A program made the position numbers and the translations under genes. Below, one piece after another: positions 56,481 to 64,000 of a stretch of DNA of 64,000 nt (the first letter of the stretch is position 1; each line of letters starts with the position of its first letter). Source of the DNA: the human T2T-CHM13v2.0 reference genome, Homo sapiens; assembly GCF_009914755.1 (NCBI RefSeq), contig NC_060928.1; one strand, given 5' to 3'. Under the pieces are notes generated by a model. That model made no database searches and was not told the DNA's origin. It saw only the letters and a list, made by a program, of their open reading frames with translations.

Positions 56481-57024
56481 CAAGTTTCAGGCAGGGATGG
56501 TCTGAAAGATAAACAAGACCTGATTGCTAGTTCAGTTATGACAGGCAGCCTTAGGTTTCTGAATGAATTGGTTTTGGATGTGATAAAGGGAAATTCCTAT
56601 GCCACTTATTCTACATATTGCACAGCCTTCCTAGTAACTTCAAAAACTCTATAAAGTGTTTATGCCCATTGCTAAAGTTGAATTACATGTGTGTTGGAGC
56701 AGGGATTCACTGAAATGCAGCCAAACCCACCTAGAGACCTGTTGAAGTGAAAAGTAACTAACTTCCCCTTCTGCCAAGAGCAAGTAAAAAGTATTGAATG
56801 TTTGAGAGAGGGGTTCTTCTGCCTAAAGTAATACAGCACATGATGACAGTATAACCATGGCATTGTCCTCAAAAGAAGTCTCTCACCAGCCCTCTATAAC
56901 CATAGGGTCCTGTTTTGTTTGGGGGGTTCTGTTTTTATTTGTTTGTTTGTTTAAATACATAAGAACTAATTTTGGGGAAGAGATGGGATAGGGGAAAATA
57001 AGGAGATTAAAAAGTCACTTCACG

Positions 57025-57124
57025 GGCTGGGCATGGTGGCTCACACCTGTAACCCCAGCACTTTGGGAGGCCAAGGTGGTAGTATCTCTTGAGCCCATGA
57101 GTTCAAGACCAGCTGGGCAACATG
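57025..57124 (+). mobile_element. Truncated AluJ/FLAM left monomer
   Basis: ggctgggcatggtggctcacacctgtaa...agttcaagaccagc. Confidence 0.8.
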
Positions 57125-58143
<1,019 letters not shown>

Positions 58144-58149
58144 GCAACC

Positions 58150-58480
58150 AGACAAGCAGTGATGTGGATCGCATAAGCCAGGAAATGGCACGATGGACTT
58201 GTGTGCCATGTGAAGAGGTTTTACTTGATCTAACAGACAGTGTAGAACCACGGAAAAGTTTTGAGCCAATGGACAATTGAAAAAATTGCTATGGCTACAG
58301 TGCAGATAAGGGGTTGGAATGAGAGGCAGGACAGGAGTAAGTTCAATTAAAAGCTGTCTAAGTAATTCAGGGAGGAAATAACATTGACCTGAACTACAGA
58401 AATGGCAGCAGGTGTAGAAAGAAGTTGGTTCAGAAGAGTTTGAGGTGATACATGCAATAGGACTCGGAATTCCAAAAGTA
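58150..58480 (-). mobile_element. L2 fragment
   Basis: Purine-rich antisense L2 pattern (gagaggcaggac...gtaattcagg...ggcagcagg). Confidence 0.45.
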
Positions 58481-60399
58481 CACATCTTTAGATATTTCAT
58501 TTCTTCTTTAGCAATCAATAATGTCCCTTGTGTCCTCACACTGCTTTTCAACTCCCTTTTGGTTTCCATGAAATTTTTGTTTTTTTAGATGTATTAACTG
58601 CATCTGCTAGGAGTAGAGCCTTCTGTCTTGTTAATCATGTAACAGGCAGAGAAGGAAATAGAAATGTACATGAGGAGGTAAGTGTAGTAGTGTCAATGCT
58701 CATTTCTTTAAGCAGATTGAATTATCTATAGGCATCTAATCGCTGAAAACTGTATCAGGTAATCCTATCTGTCCTTCTACCTCTAGGAAGAATTATATCC
58801 AGAAAAGATAGACTTCTATTCTTCCAAAGTTTCAGCAAAAGAGACCTCTACTCCCATTATCTACTCTCCCCCCAGGAAACAAGAATAGGAACCTTATAGA
58901 CATATGCCTAAACATCTCATATCATCAATATTGCATTGCAGAATAATCTCTCAGGGGTCTGGTTTCTTTTATTCCTAGAGATTACTCCAGGTTCCTCCAC
59001 CTAGGAATGAAAGATCCAGAAAAACTTTATTTCTAAAAATTCTGTATTAGGTATCACATAATTGCACCATTAAAACTTTTATCTTGCCATGAAAATGCTT
59101 TTATACTGCCTCAAATCCTTTTCTTTTTGTATTATTTTGCTTAAAAAAAAACAAATGGCCAGAAGTTTTGACCTAATTAAAACATTGAAAATATGGCATC
59201 AAGTCTGCTAAACTTAAAAAATTTTGTTGAATCTTTTAGGAAAACAAAAGAAAACAAAACAAAACAAAAATCCTTCTTCATAGATGAAGACCTGTGCTTT
59301 TCTAAGAAAACCTTCAAAATAGTTGTCAGATTACCAACCCCCACTTTGGTCACGCATTAAACCTCACAAAAGCTATGCGCGTGTGGTTTTGTAGCTAAGT
59401 TATTGGAAACAAAAGTTTTAAAACCAATCGACCACAAAGAGAAGAAAATAAAACTAGCCACTTATGCCTGAAGTGCCAACTTCTACCATATGTAGTCCCA
59501 CAAAAACCAAAAGGGAAAAATAATCAAAGTAAAACCCAATTGTGCTAGAATCACAGAGTAAGGGAATGGAATTTCTAAAGAGTTTCACCAAAATCTGTGA
59601 AAATGAAAATCACTTTGTTTTCCACAGCTGGCCCCCAGACCCTGTAAAGGAATACATTACTGCGATTTGCATTGATCTGATTAGTGTATTTACATAATAC
59701 CTCCTTTCTTCTACACCACTCCCAGTCAGCTGGACATCCAGCACATGCAGTTCTGGAGTAAGAATCAAGTAAACATTCCCAAAAGTATTTTGTCTTCTCC
59801 TACACAATTAAAACAATTTGCAAACTTGTATGCATAAAAATGGGTTGGCTTTGTTTACCAAAATTATAGATTTTATTTGCTTTTATTCCCCAAATGTTGA
59901 CAGCTTGTATAATACATTAGGCTTTAAGTACAAACACACACACACTCACAAAGTCCTTAATAGTGTAGAGGGAAAGTTGTAGAGCAACTAGTACACTATA
60001 TAGAAATTGTTCAAAATTACAAAGCATTATTTTCTCTCAGGGCTCAATTAAAGCTATTAACTAGGATTCCAAAGGATGCATAGGAGAAAGAATGAGAACT
60101 AGCAGAGCAGACACATAAATTAGAATATGTTCATGTGCACAATACCTAATGAAAATCAGTCCAAGTCTAAAGGAAATCCAGCAGAAGACATAAAAGGAAT
60201 CAATTAAGTACTCTTTGGTAACCTATCATGTAACTGTGAGTGTCTAGATGTTGCTGGTTTAGGTGTGAGGCAAGCTGGAACCTGCAATGTGTGTTGGCAG
60301 GGAGAAGTAGGAAATCTTCCACCACAGTGAAGGATGGGGAACTAACTGTGCTGCAGAAGCAGTGTTATGTGATAGAAATTAACAACATCTAAAATTTAT

Positions 60400-60545
60400 T
60401 TGGAGTACCTATGTCACAAATTAGAAAACTGAATCTTAAAAAGACCAAGTTATTTATGAAAAAATCATGAGCTGGTAAATGGCAGTCTGGAATATAAACA
60501 AGGTCTGTATGACTCCAAAATCTATGCATTCTATTCTACAACACT
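60400..60545 (-). mobile_element. MIR fragment
   Basis: gaaaactga...gctggtaaatggcag...ggtctgtatgactccaaa. Confidence 0.55.
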
Positions 60546-60996
60546 GATACTCATCCTAAAGAATTTGGCCCTATGTATATTTTACAAACTCTTCTTTTAT
60601 ATTCTGTTCACCTGCCAACTTTGGAGGGCTAGCAACAGGATCCGTCTTTAAGGACAAAGAAGATCAGGAGCTTAGTAGGAAACTGATGCTCCAGTGATCA
60701 GCTAGGATTTAGTGGGAGGATTTTCCAGTTCAGGAAAGTGAAAGGAGAAACACTACAGACTGTGAAATCAAGGCAGAAGCCTGATTCCGTGGAAGAGATG
60801 CAACTTGGAAATGGAACAGGTGCCTTGGGCCCAATTACAGGTTTCAGGTTTCAGGTTTCAGTATCCAGGTTTCAGGTACCCAGGTTTCAGTCTGATTGTC
60901 TCCAGCACAGCTGTAACGGGAAGAAACAATGACAGCCACATAGTTGCTGAGTATTTATGACTGTGAGATGTGTTCATGTGAAGACTATTCATATAC

Positions 60997-61303
60997 TTTT
61001 TTTTTTTTTTTTTTTTTTTTTTAGACAGAGTCTCACTCTATAGCCCAGGCTGGAGTGCAGTGGCACGATCTTGGCTCATGGCAACCTCTGCCTCCTGGGT
61101 TCAAGTGATTCTCCTGCTTCAACCTCCTAAGTAGCTGGGATTACAGGCACGTGCCACCATGCCCAGCTAATTTTTGTATTTTTAGTAGAGACGGGGTTTT
61201 GCGATGTTGGCCAGACTGGTCTCGAACTCCTGACCTCAGGTGATTCACCCACCTCGGGCTCCCAAAGTGCTTGGATTACAGGCGTGAGCCACTGCACCCA
61301 GCT
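60997..61303 (-). mobile_element. AluSx-like
   Basis: Poly-T, Alu body, TSD ttcatatactt. Confidence 0.93.
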
Positions 61304-62284
61304 TCATATACTTCTATCTTAGTGCAGGAACTGGGAAAATAAGTAGGTCCTTCCATAAGCTAAACTATTAGAGGTTAGAAAGAAAGGAACAAAGGAACAA
61401 ACCAGATAATAAATAAAAAATTAACAGATAGAACTCTGTTTTCTCTTAGCCCAGTTAGGAAAATCATAGCAATAAAGATTACTCCAAGGCACAGAATAAA
61501 AAATATACACAGCCAATGTACAATTTTTATAAACTGTTTCAGTTATCTGTCACTATGTAACATATCATCTAAAAATTGAATTTCTTAAAACCATTTTTTT
61601 TTCTCACTATTTTGTGAGTTGACTAGGCTGAGTTGGGTAGTGACACTGCACAACATGACATAGCAGAGATCCCTCATTAGACAATATTCAGTAGGGATCT
61701 CAGTTGAGGATAAACAGCCAAATGGCCTGTCATCCTTCAGGATCTCTCTCCACATGGCCTTTTCTTATTCAGTAGTGAAGCCCAGTCTTAAGACTACATG
61801 AGTCAATTGAGCTATATAATTGGCTGTACGTCCTGTCAGGCTAACTTTTGCAATTTTCATTTTCATCTAGTAGTCTCTTTGGCACATTTGCCTGCAGAAC
61901 ATTCCTATCTGCACTCTTATAGTTTGTTATAATTAAGGGAGGGGGCTTGCAAAAGAAATGGAAGAGTTGTCCAGTCTTTTCCCATTGCCCAGTTAATGTC
62001 TCCCAAACATAGAGAATATCTTCTACAGACCTGATAGCAAAGATCACGATGGCTTCCAGGAGTAGTTCTGCAATCAGTACTTCTCCATTTAATTGAAGCA
62101 TTAGAAGAACACTGACATGAACATTCTATCATCAGAAGATGAAAAATATTGGATATTTCTTTGATTTTGTATACACCTATTTTGAATTTGAACCGGGAAA
62201 TCCATAGTATAATAAAACACACGAAAATTAATCTGCTGTGTGAATTTGAACATATCATTTTACCTCTCTAATCTTCAGAATCCT

Positions 62285-62643
62285 TGCTATGGACTGAATT
62301 GTGTGACATCCAAAATTCATATATGAAGGCTCTAACATTCAATGTGATTGTATTTGGAGATGGAGCCTTTGGGAAGGAAGTAGGATGCGATGAGGTCATG
62401 AGAGTGTGGCTTCCTAATTGGATCAGTGGCTTTTTAAGAAAAGAAGAGAGAGATGTCACTCTCTGTGACATGTAAAGACACAGAAGGAAGCCAGTCATCT
62501 GCAAGCCAGGAAGAGAGCCTTCACCAAGAACCAAATCAGCCAGCACCTTGATCTTGAACTTCCCAGCCTACAGAATTGTGAGAAATAAATGTCAGTGTGT
62601 AAGCCACCCCATATATGGTATTTTGTTGTTGCAAACTAATATA
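62285..62643 (+). mobile_element. MLT1A/MSTD-like MaLR solo LTR
   Basis: tgctatggactgaattgtg...gtgagaaataaatg...actaatata; 5-bp TSD ATCCT. Confidence 0.85.
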
Positions 62644-62894
62644 ATCCTCTTTCATAAAATGTGCCATTGGAATAGAAGTTCTCTAAAATTATTACCAACT
62701 AAAATTATATTATATTATGCTATTTTTATATAAAGTTGTATTATTAAGTAAATATTGCCTGATTAATGTTAAAGGAAACACTCAAAGAAAATTAATTTAA
62801 GTCATCTAAAGAGTAAAAATAACTTTCATTCCAAAGCAAAAATTTGGAACTCATTTTAGAAGATACGGATATGCTCATTTATTTAAACTTCAGA

Positions 62895-64000
<1,106 letters not shown>

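Overview
Human genomic DNA: the L1HS-Ta diagnostic bases, AluY and HERV-K point to this. It is AT-rich and dominated by transposable elements, with no host protein-coding gene or RNA gene that I can support. Main contents: (1) a 1.6 kb alternating purine-pyrimidine VNTR built from 26-bp palindromes, flanked by an inverted templated duplication; (2) a ~24 kb nested stack of L1s, Alus and DNA transposons containing a 6.8 kb two-LTR, env-less HERV-K14/HML-1-like provirus with a decayed gag-dUTPase/pro-pol, whose post-pol region looks chimeric (second integrase tail, env-leader relic, extra PPT plus a MER41-like LTR start); (3) a cluster of solo LTRs (LTR8 x2, MER41, MST, LTR13); (4) a very young 5'-truncated L1HS Ta-1 insertion that appears to carry a ~1.67 kb 3' transduction ending at a second poly(A). 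Subfamily names come from recalled consensus motifs, not from a RepeatMasker run. Coordinates of old repeats are approximate. I see no clearly new biological system; the findings are structural and evolutionary events.
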